A model generated the notes under the pieces. It searched no databases. It saw only the letters and a program-made list of their open reading frames with translations, and had not been told where the DNA came from. From an uncultured Chlamydiales bacterium (GTDB taxonomy: Bacteria; Chlamydiota; Chlamydiia; Chlamydiales; Rhabdochlamydiaceae), in contig OY969554.1 of NCBI GenBank assembly GCA_963700985.1, forward strand, positions 1,824,001-1,888,000: 64,000 nucleotides of DNA. The letters are read 5' to 3'. The translations under genes were made by a program, and so were the position numbers. Below, piece after piece: positions 24,012-32,981 of the stretch; positions within the stretch are counted from its first letter, which is position 1, and each line of letters begins with the position of its first letter.

Positions 24012-26951
24012 TCAGAGCTCTTGGCGTTTTAGCATTTCGGCGAAGAGGCCTTTGGCTGCAGCGAGTTCTTTATACGTGCCAACTTCGATGATTTTTCCTT
24101 GATCCATCACATAGATACGATCGGCGTTGCGTGTAGTGCTCAGCCGGTGTGCGATCATAACGCGTGTGATATTGAGCTCGGTTAAATTTTTGTCGATTAG
24201 ATTTTGAGATGTATTATCGAGCGCGCTTGTCGCTTCATCGAGGATGAGGATTTTTGGCGAAGCAGCAAGTGCCCTAGCCAGATATAGGCGTTGCCGCTGC
24301 CCTCCAGAGACTGTATTGCCTCCTGTCGACATGACCGTATTTAATCCCATGGGTAAGGCTTTAAGGTCATCATCTAAATTGGCCATATGGATGGCTTTTT
24401 GAATGTCCTCAATGGACAACACCTTAGATCCTGCGATGATATCATAAATGCTCCCGCCTAACATGCCTTCGTTTTGAAGAACGGTGCCTATCTGTTTTCT
24501 AATTTGGCGGATGTCGTAATCAAAAATACTACGATCGTCAAAGAGAATTTCACCTTGTTCGGGTGTTTCGAATCCGAGCAGAAGTCTAACGATGGTCGAT
24601 TTGCCGCATCCTGAAGGGCCCACAATCGCAATCATTTCGCCAGGATGAGCGAAAAGGGAGACATTATCCAATGCGAGTGGCCCATCGGGAGAATAACGGA
24701 AATTGACATGCTCAAGCGCAATGGAACCTTTGAGCACGATGGGCGCACTCTTTTCAGGTAACGCTTCAGTTTCCGATTGAACGAGGACTTTTGATCTCTC
24801 CCAATAGGGCAGAACAGTCCAGATTGAAAATGCCATTTGGAAGACTTCGAGCGCGGAAGCTATTAAAAGCGCATAGGCAGTATAAAAGCCTAAGAAAGCT
24901 CCGAGCGACTGCGAAGGGTTTATCGAGGATGAGACTTTTGGATCGTTGCGGAATGTGATGATTGCTACCCAAAAGAGGAGTGTGGCCATGAGCACAGGAA
25001 AGATCCGATAGACAAGTCTTTCAATTGCGGTAACGATAAGCAGCTTTAAATCGATCTTCTTTTTCTGGCTGAAGACATTTCCCCATAAGCTAAAAAAGCG
25101 GCCCTCTGCGCCTGAGATGCGGATTTTTGCGATGCCGGAGATGATCTGTACGACGATTCCCTGAATTGTGGTTCCCAAAGCGAAACTCTTTTTGGTCAGT
25201 CTGACTTCTATGGCAATGCAAAGAGTAAAAACAAGAGCGGCTACGAAGAGGCCGATTAATCCTATGGTGGCAAATTTTGAATTATAAGCGAAAAGCATCG
25301 CGAAGTAATAAAGGCAGAAAATGGAGGTCACGCAAAGATTTATGAGATTAGAGCTAGTCTCGTAGCGAACTTTTTCGTAAGCCATGATCCGCGTAATGAG
25401 GTCACCCGAGGTGAACTTGCGAAAAAATGAGAGTGGGAGCTGAAGGACGCGTAACCAGAGACCAGTTTGCATTTCGCTTTTAGATAATCCTTCGATTCGC
25501 AATACGAGAAAATTTTTGCAAAAAGTATAAATTGTCGTGCTAAATGAAACCAGGAGCAGTCCGAGCACAAATTGCTTAAAAAGAGAGATATCTGTTCCAA
25601 AAAGGATCTTGTCGAAGAGCTCTCGCGTAGCAAAAGGAAGAAACAGGTTGAGAGAGCCGATGACTATCGCAATAAAGAGAATCCAAACAAAATTCTGTTT
25701 ATTGTATTCAAACGAGAACTTTGCAATGCGGAAAAGGGTCATTTCTCCTTGTGGAAATCCTCGATAAAAAACGTAGGCGCGCTTGGAAAGCTCTTTGGCT
25801 AGCAGAGGGGTAAGTGTTAGCCTTTTTTTCTCTTGAAGATCGACAATCTCATAATTGTTTTTGATGGGCATCAAAGCCACAGGGCGCTGCTCTGGGCCAA
25901 AGAATCCCAAAAGTGGTTGCATGGCCTCTTTCCACCACCGACCCTTCAAAGTAATGCGACGGAAGTTGATATTGCTATTCAAGCAGATCTCGATCACTTC
26001 ATCATCGACTGTCGTGGCTTTTGTGGGCGTATTATCAAAGCTTAGCCCCATTGTTCGACCAATTAGATCGCACGTTTGAAAAAGAAGGTCTCCTTGATGC
26101 AAATGCGCAACCGTGATCTCTTCATTTAAAACAGAGCCGAGGCTGAGCAGCGTCTGCTCGATTAAGTCTTCTTCAAGGGTCTGTTTCTTTTGCAACCTTA
26201 AAAGGGCATTTTCTAGCTCTTCATTCTTCTGTTTGACGACAGTTTTAAAAAGCTCATATCCTAGTGCTTCAATTCCTTTCCAAAATTCAGGTTTCTCCAA
26301 AGCTTGAGTGGTTGAAAAAGTTGCCAGAGTCGATTCTACTTCACTTCTCAACCAGTGAGATTGCGTGATAGGATAGAGAGTTCCAGTTTCTTTGAAGAAT
26401 AAAGAGGAGGCTTCATCTAAAAAGCTGCAACTGCCTTTCAATACCTCTACCCAAAAAATGTGCTCTTTTTCTTCTGGTGTGAAGGATTTTTGTGGGCCAG
26501 CGACTTCTCCTGGCTGTAGATCTGTATTTTCACCTACTTTAAGCACCTTTTCAATGCGCTCTTCTCGATGTGGAAAAGGCGAAAATATTCGATGGATGTA
26601 ACTCTCGAGTAATTTGATAATGCTCTCTTTTAGGACAGCATCCTTAGCCATCTCTGCAAGCAGGGTATTTGCGGAGACTTTACGCAGCGTTGTTTTTCGC
26701 GGAGAGAGGAAAAAAAGGCCGTAGTTTTTTTCTTCAGATGTAGCTCTTCCCAGGATTAGATCGCCCTGTTTGATATGCGCGACAAAAATAGGTAGAAAGT
26801 GGGGATCTTTTGGATCGTAGAGAAATAGATCTCCAACCTCTTGCTCCATCACCCAAACAGTGAAGGGTTCATTGAGATTGTAGCGAACGCTGGCTTCAAG
26901 CGAGATCTCTTCGCCAATATGTGATGGCAGCACGAGTGAGCTATCTTGCAT
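24012..26951 (-). CDS. NHLP bacteriocin-system ABC transporter without peptidase domain (NHLM ABC2 type)
   Basis: 979 aa; long N-terminal region, RRITLKGRWWK..QPLLGF..PVAL block, TM domain, GPSGCGKST, VSGGQRQR, LDEATSALD. Confidence 0.88.
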   Translation of the reverse strand: MQDSSLVLPSHIGEEISLEASVRYNLNEPFTVWVMEQEVGDLFLYDPKDPHFLPIFVAHIKQGDLILGRATSEEKNYGLFFLSPRKTTLRKVSANTLLAEMAKDAVLKESIIKLLESYIHRIFSPFPHREERIEKVLKVGENTDLQPGEVAGPQKSFTPEEKEHIFWVEVLKGSCSFLDEASSLFFKETGTLYPITQSHWLRSEVESTLATFSTTQALEKPEFWKGIEALGYELFKTVVKQKNEELENALLRLQKKQTLEEDLIEQTLLSLGSVLNEEITVAHLHQGDLLFQTCDLIGRTMGLSFDNTPTKATTVDDEVIEICLNSNINFRRITLKGRWWKEAMQPLLGFFGPEQRPVALMPIKNNYEIVDLQEKKRLTLTPLLAKELSKRAYVFYRGFPQGEMTLFRIAKFSFEYNKQNFVWILFIAIVIGSLNLFLPFATRELFDKILFGTDISLFKQFVLGLLLVSFSTTIYTFCKNFLVLRIEGLSKSEMQTGLWLRVLQLPLSFFRKFTSGDLITRIMAYEKVRYETSSNLINLCVTSIFCLYYFAMLFAYNSKFATIGLIGLFVAALVFTLCIAIEVRLTKKSFALGTTIQGIVVQIISGIAKIRISGAEGRFFSLWGNVFSQKKKIDLKLLIVTAIERLVYRIFPVLMATLLFWVAIITFRNDPKVSSSINPSQSLGAFLGFYTAYALLIASALEVFQMAFSIWTVLPYWERSKVLVQSETEALPEKSAPIVLKGSIALEHVNFRYSPDGPLALDNVSLFAHPGEMIAIVGPSGCGKSTIVRLLLGFETPEQGEILFDDRSIFDYDIRQIRKQIGTVLQNEGMLGGSIYDIIAGSKVLSIEDIQKAIHMANLDDDLKALPMGLNTVMSTGGNTVSGGQRQRLYLARALAASPKILILDEATSALDNTSQNLIDKNLTELNITRVMIAHRLSTTRNADRIYVMDQGKIIEVGTYKELAAAKGLFAEMLKRQEL

Positions 26952-27027
26952 CTTCTCTTTCCCTCTATGTTTGTCACATTAGAGGAATAGAGTCATTTCA
27001 GCAAGCCACCCTTAATATGAAAAGATG

Positions 27028-27142
27028 ATTTAACCACAGAGGCACAGAGAACGCAGAGTAAAGAAGGAAGATTATTTTTTTGTTTCTCTTACAAAAAACG
27101 GCTTCTTTCTTCTCTGTGTCCTCTGTGCCTCTGTGGTTAAAT
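27028..27142. repeat. Palindromic intergenic element with 9-nt periodic arms (CACAGAG units)
   Basis: TTTAACCACAGAGGCACAGAGAACGCAGAG vs CTCTGTGTCCTCTGTGCCTCTGTGGTTAAA: 30-bp inverted repeat with 2 mismatches. Confidence 0.8.
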
Positions 27143-27193
27143 TATTTAAGATTTATTTTGATTTTTGAGGGGTGTTGTGCAAAATGCAGATCT

Positions 27194-28507
27194 ATGCAGC
27201 CAATTTTTTTTCGTGGAACACCATTTTCAGCGCGCAAAGGCTTCTTTGAGGGGACTCATCGCATCCAAAGCCCTGAGCAGACTTGGAAGCAGATTGCACC
27301 GCTTGCACCTTTAATTGGAGTGTCTCGGGTTGCGAACATCACAGGTTTAGACAAGATTGGCATTCCAGTGACGATTTCGATTCGGCCTGGGGCTTTCACG
27401 TTATCTATCTCTTCGGGCAAGGGCCTCTCTCTGGTAACTGCGCAGGTCTCTGGCCTAATGGAATCTTTGGAAGTTTTCTGTGCAGAAACAGCCAATCTTC
27501 CCTACCTTCTTTTTTCCTATAACGAACTGATTAAAAGATATACGGCGCCGCTTTTAACCCATTTATCTTATCGATCTCACGCGTTATTTCATCCTGATCT
27601 GCCGGAAAAATGGGTTTTAGCATGGGATCTATTTGGACAAGAAGAGGTGGCAGTTCCTCTGCAAAGCGTCATGCAAGATTATCGCGTAAGCAGAAATGAA
27701 AATCAGGAGCTTTACTCAATTCGCATGGACACAAATGGCCTGGCTTCAGGATGCCATTTTTTAGAAGCAGTTGCCTCCGGGGTTTATGAACTCATCGAGC
27801 GCGATGCGATGAGCTGCTATCTCGCTCTTAAAGAGCGCCACCATCAGCCATTGAAAAGAGTGAAGCTTGATACGATCCGGTATCAGAGTGTGTTAGAAGC
27901 TCTGGAACAGATTGAAAGAGCAGGAGTTCAAACCCTCTTATACGATTGCACGGTGGATACTGAAGTGCCCGTATTTAAGGCCTCTATTTATGATAAGCAC
28001 CTTCGCCATAGTATGGGCATCTGCGAAGGCTATGGCGCACATCTCGATCCAGAGGTAGCCATGATTCGTGCCATTACTGAAGCCGTTCAGGGAAGAACCA
28101 TCGCGATTTCGGGCTCCCGAGATGACATTTTTATGTCACAATTCAATGCCATGAAGAAGAATGATGTAGCTGAAATTATTCAAATCATCGAAGCCAATCC
28201 TGCTACCATCGATGCCGCTTCTTATACATCTGGTGCAGGTGCCACTTTAGAAGAAGATATTCACATTCTCATGCGTAAACTTAAAAATGCCGGCCTTTCA
28301 CAACTGCTGGTGTTCGACTTAAGCCAGGAAAAACTGGGCATGTCTGTGGTACGTGTCATTATCCCGGGTCTAGAAGGATACTATTCTCGTAATTTTGATC
28401 CGGGATTAAGAGCTAAGAAGTTTATCTCAGAAAGAGCAACTACAATTAAAAAAACGCCATGCGATCAAAGAGAAGGTACGCACTTTCCTGCAGGAGCGCT
28501 TTTATGA
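27194..28507 (+). CDS. ycaO: YcaO-family enzyme, TfuA-associated (thioamide-forming type)
   Basis: GTHR, SRVANITGLDKIGIPV, SGKG, MESLE, TNGLASG, ELIERDA, GYGAH, RAITEAVQGR, VVRVIIPGLE. Start moved to ATG 27194 because the longer ORF runs through the palindrome. Confidence 0.93.
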   Translation: MQPIFFRGTPFSARKGFFEGTHRIQSPEQTWKQIAPLAPLIGVSRVANITGLDKIGIPVTISIRPGAFTLSISSGKGLSLVTAQVSGLMESLEVFCAETANLPYLLFSYNELIKRYTAPLLTHLSYRSHALFHPDLPEKWVLAWDLFGQEEVAVPLQSVMQDYRVSRNENQELYSIRMDTNGLASGCHFLEAVASGVYELIERDAMSCYLALKERHHQPLKRVKLDTIRYQSVLEALEQIERAGVQTLLYDCTVDTEVPVFKASIYDKHLRHSMGICEGYGAHLDPEVAMIRAITEAVQGRTIAISGSRDDIFMSQFNAMKKNDVAEIIQIIEANPATIDAASYTSGAGATLEEDIHILMRKLKNAGLSQLLVFDLSQEKLGMSVVRVIIPGLEGYYSRNFDPGLRAKKFISERATTIKKTPCDQREGTHFPAGALL

Positions 28508-29898
28508 CCATTTCTCCCGATGATATTCTCATTTTTCTTGGACCATCTCTTCCAGTTGAAGAGGCAAAATCAATCTTAGATGCCCGCTATCTCCCGCCGG
28601 CCAAACAGGGAGATATTCTGAGCGTTGCAGTGCAGTTTCAACCCAAAGTTATCGGATTGATCGATGGAACCTTTATGCAGACCTTATCGGTGTGGCATAA
28701 AGAGATCCTCTATGCGATCGATCAGGGGATCATCGTATTAGGAGCCAGCAGCATGGGCGCGTTGCGCGCAGCTGAAACCGCTGACTTTGGCATGATCGGG
28801 GTTGGAAAAGTCTTCGAGCTCTACCATAATGGCACGGTGATCGATGATGATGAAGTTGTGCTCATCCACGGGCCCAAGGAAGAAGGCTATATTCCGCTTT
28901 CCCTTCCTCTGATTAACATACGTTTTACCTTAGAGCGCGCTAAAAACGAGCAGAGAATACCTGCGGATGTTTGCGAGGCCTTCTTTGCGCTTGCACAAGA
29001 GCTTTATTATCCTGAAAGAACCATCGAGAACATTATTGAGTGCGCTCGTAAAAAAGGCTTTTCAGAAGAATTAATCGGCGATGTCACTGGGTGGATGCAA
29101 GCACACTATGTCGATCAGAAAGCTGATGATGCACGCCTTCTCTTACAAAAAATCAAAGCTCTATCTCTTTCAGAGACAGTAGAAAAAAAAGAATTTTCAA
29201 GGACATCGCTTTTTGAGGTGCTCTTTCATGCAGATAGGCGCCTCTCTTTCTCCGAAGTTGAGCTTACCCAAAGGCAGATTGCTCAGCATTTTGCGCTTCA
29301 TGATCCGCATTTTCCAGAGATGCAGTTCAATGCGATGAATCAAGCTATGGCCAATGCGCTTTCTAAAATTTACAAGGTTGAGGTTTCCGTTGAGGAGATC
29401 AAAGAGGAAAAAAAGCGCTTTCGCAGACGCCATCTGCTTCAGGAAGATTGGATGTGGACATCTTGGCTTGTACGCAATCATTTAACCGAGAAAGAGTTCT
29501 CTTCTCTTGCAGAAGAAAAAGCAAAAACACGCAAGCTTCACGCCTGTTTTTCCAGTGGGCAATTTCCTTGGAAGCAGGGAAAGTTTTTACTTAACGAGCT
29601 TAAATGGGCTGATCGATACGAAGAGGGCCTAGAAAAAGCAGTTGCACAGGAAGAAATATTAAACGAAATCGCCCGCTATTACAATGAGACTGATTCATCA
29701 GAAATCTATCAAGCAAAGTTCATCGACGCTCACAAGGAGGCGACTGGCTGGAATCCCGATATGCCTCTTAAGGAGTGGGCCGAAGAAGCTGGCTTCGAGG
29801 ATCTTTTAAAGCTTGTCACGGAGATTCACAAATCTAAGATCGCGCGCGATCATCTTAATAAGATAGTCGAAGCCGGCCTTGACGAAGCCAGTCAATAA
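28504..29898 (+). CDS. tfuA: TfuA-like protein with long C-terminal extension
   Basis: FLGPSL, PPAKQGD, IDGTF...SVWHKEI, GASSMGALRAAE, GMIGVGKVF, DDDEV, DQKADDA; ATGA overlap with the ycaO stop. Confidence 0.93.
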   Translation: MTISPDDILIFLGPSLPVEEAKSILDARYLPPAKQGDILSVAVQFQPKVIGLIDGTFMQTLSVWHKEILYAIDQGIIVLGASSMGALRAAETADFGMIGVGKVFELYHNGTVIDDDEVVLIHGPKEEGYIPLSLPLINIRFTLERAKNEQRIPADVCEAFFALAQELYYPERTIENIIECARKKGFSEELIGDVTGWMQAHYVDQKADDARLLLQKIKALSLSETVEKKEFSRTSLFEVLFHADRRLSFSEVELTQRQIAQHFALHDPHFPEMQFNAMNQAMANALSKIYKVEVSVEEIKEEKKRFRRRHLLQEDWMWTSWLVRNHLTEKEFSSLAEEKAKTRKLHACFSSGQFPWKQGKFLLNELKWADRYEEGLEKAVAQEEILNEIARYYNETDSSEIYQAKFIDAHKEATGWNPDMPLKEWAEEAGFEDLLKLVTEIHKSKIARDHLNKIVEAGLDEASQ

Positions 29899-29929
29899 CC
29901 ACAATTTTGCGACCGATCAGGACGAGAAA

Positions 29930-30208
29930 TTACTCCAAAGTCCAGATTACTACTTGTGTAGCCGCTGCCGCCGCAATTTGTTTTAAATCTGCCTCATCAA
30001 GTTCGGTGGCATTGGTGGGAGCTGGCGGTAAAAGAAAAGTGAAATGACGCGCATCGTCTTCTTGAATACGCACTTCAACATTGGCAGGAATGTCATAGCC
30101 CATTTCTTTTAAGGTCTCTTTAGGCTTAGCGATGAGTTTTTTGCGAAAAGCTGGATCTTTCCAAGCTTTTGCAATAATTTTTGCCCTTATGTCTTTATTT
30201 TTTGGCAT
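29930..30208 (-). CDS. NHLP-family RiPP precursor 1 (tail ...IAAA-AATQVVIWTLE)
   Basis: Leader IIAKAWKDPAFRKKLIAKPK..L..G...P..V.V..ED.....F.LP and ELDEADLKQIAAA. Confidence 0.92.
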   Translation of the reverse strand: MPKNKDIRAKIIAKAWKDPAFRKKLIAKPKETLKEMGYDIPANVEVRIQEDDARHFTFLLPPAPTNATELDEADLKQIAAAAATQVVIWTLE

Positions 30209-30292
30209 ATTCTTTCTCTTTGTTAGTTAACTTTTATCTAAATAAATTGAGGCTGGTCTTGGTAATGCTAGTCATTGAGGGTTCAGCTCCTC

Positions 30293-30571
30293 TTAATCTC
30301 TCTTTAACTGGCGGGCTGCAACAAACCCTGCAGCAGCAATTTGTTTCAGTGCAGCTTCATCCAGCGTTTGAGCATTCTTAGGTGCAGCCGGTAAAACAAA
30401 AGTGAAATGACGTGCATCGTCTTCCTGGATACGCACCTCTACGTTAGCAGGAACGTCGTAGCCTATTTCTTTTAGAGTTTCTTTGGGCTTAGCGATGAGT
30501 TTTTTGCGAAAAGCTGGATCTTTCCAAGCTTTAGCAATAATTTTTGCTCTTATATCTTCACTTTTCGGCAT
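30293..30571 (-). CDS. NHLP-family RiPP precursor 2 (tail ...IAAAG-FVAARQLKRD)
   Basis: Same NHLP leader. Confidence 0.92.
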   Translation of the reverse strand: MPKSEDIRAKIIAKAWKDPAFRKKLIAKPKETLKEIGYDVPANVEVRIQEDDARHFTFVLPAAPKNAQTLDEAALKQIAAAGFVAARQLKRD

Positions 30572-30621
30572 ATTCTTTCCTTGTTTTACTGCGTAACCAG
30601 TTAGAGAGAAGAGGATTTTTC

Positions 30622-30900
30622 TTATTCTGGTCTTATTTGTAGGCCATAAGCAAGACCGGCCGCTGCGAGTTGTTTTAGCTCTGCTTCATCCAGCTCCTGA
30701 AAGTCCTTAGGAATGGCTGGTAAAACAAAAGTGAAATGACGCGCATCGTCTTCCTGAACACGTACCTCGATGTTCGCGGGGGCTTCATAACCCATTTCTT
30801 TTAAAGCCTCTTTGGGCTTAGCGATGAGTTTTTTGCGAAAAGCTGGATCTTTCCAAGCTTTAGCAATAATTTTTGCTCTTATATCTTCATTTTTTTTCAT
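30622..30900 (-). CDS. NHLP-family RiPP precursor 3 (tail ...LAAAG-LAYGLQIRPE)
   Basis: Same NHLP leader. Confidence 0.92.
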   Translation of the reverse strand: MKKNEDIRAKIIAKAWKDPAFRKKLIAKPKEALKEMGYEAPANIEVRVQEDDARHFTFVLPAIPKDFQELDEAELKQLAAAGLAYGLQIRPE

Positions 30901-30923
30901 ATTTTCATTTCCTTAAAATGCAT

Positions 30924-31199
30924 TCATCTTGATCCAAGACGGAACCCTACACCCCGACCTGCAGCAACGTTCTTCAACTCCGCTTCATCCAGCTCGGTGA
31001 TGTTTTTAGGAGCAATCGGCAACACAAAAGTGTAATGACGCGTATCATCTTCCTGGATACGCACCTCTACGTTGGCAGGAACGTCGTAGCCCATTTCTTT
31101 TAGGGTCTCTTTAGGCTTAGTGATGAGTTTTTTGCGGAAAGCTGGATCTTTCCAAGCTTTAGCAATGATTTTGGCTCTTATGTCTTCATTTTTTGACAT
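30924..31199 (-). CDS. NHLP-family RiPP precursor 4 (tail ...VAAG-RGVGFRLGSR)
   Basis: Same NHLP leader. Confidence 0.92.
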   Translation of the reverse strand: MSKNEDIRAKIIAKAWKDPAFRKKLITKPKETLKEMGYDVPANVEVRIQEDDTRHYTFVLPIAPKNITELDEAELKNVAAGRGVGFRLGSR

Positions 31200-31230
31200 G
31201 TTCTCTTCTCTTTAGAATATTTATTTGTAC

Positions 31231-31512
31231 TCAATGAGGAAATCCACCACCACAAAAAATCCAGACACTCCCAGCAGCAACTTGTTTTAGCTCTGTGTCA
31301 TTCAGTTCGCCGAGATTAGTGGGTGCAGGAGGCAGGGGGAAAGTGAAATGACGCGCGTCATCTTCTTGTATACGCACCTCTACGTTAGCAGGAATGTCAT
31401 AGCCCATTTCTTTTAGAGTTTCTTTGGGCTTAGCGATGAGTTTTTTGCGGAAAGCTGGATCTTTCCAAGCTTTAGCGATGATTTTGGCTCTTATATCTTC
31501 ATTTTTTGGCAT
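31231..31512 (-). CDS. NHLP-family RiPP precursor 5 (tail ...VAAG-SVWIFCGGGFPH)
   Basis: Same NHLP leader; start set at MPKNED (31512) after an AAGGA RBS; only core with Cys. Confidence 0.92.
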   Translation of the reverse strand: MPKNEDIRAKIIAKAWKDPAFRKKLIAKPKETLKEMGYDIPANVEVRIQEDDARHFTFPLPPAPTNLGELNDTELKQVAAGSVWIFCGGGFPH

Positions 31513-31525
31513 TTTTTCTTTCCTT

Positions 31526-31588
31526 TCATAGTGCATCCACTCCAATAACGTGCCCCTGACCCGCAGCAGCAATCTGCTTCAACTCTGC
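31526..31588 (-). pseudogene. Leaderless NHLP core cassette AELKQIAAAG-QGHVIGVDAL*
   Basis: Begins 2 nt after the precursor 6 stop; 31556-31588 matches 31624-31656 at 30/33 nt; has its own TGA but no ATG/RBS. Confidence 0.8.
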
Positions 31589-31590
31589 GA

Positions 31591-31872
31591 TCAATAAACG
31601 TTCTTTGCAATGTGCCCCATGCTCTGACCCGCAGCAGCAACTTTCTTCAACTCTGCTTCATCCAGCTCGTTGATGTTTTTCGGAGCGATCGGCAATACAA
31701 AAGTGAAATGACGTGCATCATCTTCTTGTACACGCACCTCTACGTTAGCAGGAATGTCGTAGCCCATTTCTTTTAGAGTTTCTTTGGGCTTAGCAATGAG
31801 TTTTTTGCGGAAAGCTGGATCTTTCCAAGCTTTAGCGATGATTTTGGCTCTTATATCTTCATTTTTTGGCAT
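31591..31872 (-). CDS. NHLP-family RiPP precursor 6 (tail ...VAAAG-QSMGHIAKNVY)
   Basis: Same NHLP leader; AAGGAG RBS; start at MPKNED. Confidence 0.92.
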   Translation of the reverse strand: MPKNEDIRAKIIAKAWKDPAFRKKLIAKPKETLKEMGYDIPANVEVRVQEDDARHFTFVLPIAPKNINELDEAELKKVAAAGQSMGHIAKNVY

Positions 31873-31922
31873 ACACACTTCTCCTTGTGTTGTTTATCTC
31901 TGTGTAGGCGATCTCTTGCTTT

Positions 31923-32981
31923 TTATAAAGTATTTTTTTGAAGAGCTTCGATTCCACCAATCAGAGAAAAGATGTTTTCTAAGCCTTTGCTTTTCAAGGC
32001 AAGTGTGAGTTTGGCGCTGCGTATGCCTCTACGGCAGAAGAGGGCATACTTGATTTGAGGGTCTAACTGGGACATGTCGAAAGAGCTCATGGGCATTTTA
32101 AGGCAGGGTCTTTCGAGGTAGGGGTTTGAATCAGTCTCTTCTACCTCTCGAATATCGATTAGTTCAAAGAGGCTCGTTTCGAGATCAGAGGCATGCAGCT
32201 CCCACGACTCTTTTTCGCAGGGTTGCTGGAGTGAGGGAGCCTCACCACATAGAGGGCAGCTAGGCTTGCGTTCGAAAGAGATAACGCGTTGTGAATAGTA
32301 AAGAAGATCCGTAAAGAGGATCTCATGCGCTTGCAGGGTTGGTAGTCCTAGGAAGAACTTAATTGCCTCCATAGCTTGCAAGATTCCAAAGTAGCCGGGT
32401 ACAGGACCTAAAACCCCCACTTGTTGACAAGTTCCCACGCATCCTTCTTGAGGAACTTCTTCCCAAAGACAGCGTAGGCAGGCATCTTTTCTGGCCGGCA
32501 AATAGGTTTGAATCTGTCCCTCGAATTGGTAGATGCTCGCACGCACAACAGGCTTTTGGGCGAAGTAGGCCGAATCATTGATCAGAAATTTGGTGCGGAA
32601 GTTATCGGTGCAATCCAACACGATGTCATAGAGTAAAAAAAGGGAAAGGGCATTTTCGGCAGTTAGGCGATAAGGATAGGAGACAACGTGGATTAGGGGA
32701 TTGAGATTTTTCACGCGCTCAGTAGCTAAATCAGCTTTTGATTTACCCACATCTTTTGCGTTATAAATCGGTTGGCGGTGCAGATTGCTCTCTTCGAGTA
32801 GATCACCATCGCAAATCCCTAAAGTGCCAATGCCGGCCGCTGCTAGATACAAAAGGGCTGGCGCTCCCAATCCTCCTGCTCCAACAACTAAGCATTTAGC
32901 ATTTTGCAGACGCGTCTGGCCTTCGTTTCCAACTTCAGGAAGACGCATTTGTCTAGAATAATAGAGATTAGGGTCTACCAT
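31923..32981 (-). CDS. MoeB/ThiF-family sulfur-carrier adenylyltransferase fused to a rhodanese domain (MoeZ/MOCS3-like)
   Basis: YSRQ, GAGGLG, SNLHRQ, DCTDNF, CLRC and CPLC zinc motifs, C-terminal CRRGIRS. Confidence 0.92.
   Translation of the reverse strand: MVDPNLYYSRQMRLPEVGNEGQTRLQNAKCLVVGAGGLGAPALLYLAAAGIGTLGICDGDLLEESNLHRQPIYNAKDVGKSKADLATERVKNLNPLIHVVSYPYRLTAENALSLFLLYDIVLDCTDNFRTKFLINDSAYFAQKPVVRASIYQFEGQIQTYLPARKDACLRCLWEEVPQEGCVGTCQQVGVLGPVPGYFGILQAMEAIKFFLGLPTLQAHEILFTDLLYYSQRVISFERKPSCPLCGEAPSLQQPCEKESWELHASDLETSLFELIDIREVEETDSNPYLERPCLKMPMSSFDMSQLDPQIKYALFCRRGIRSAKLTLALKSKGLENIFSLIGGIEALQKNTL

Noticed and set aside
27194-28507. Azoline-forming (TOMM/LAP) YcaO
   Set aside because: No fused E1-like domain, no Pro-rich PxPxP C-terminus, no stand-alone dehydrogenase; translationally coupled to TfuA
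31513-31572. 20-aa N-terminal extension of precursor 5 in the ORF track
   Set aside because: It is an off-frame reading of the silent cassette; the RBS and paralog alignment place the start at 31512
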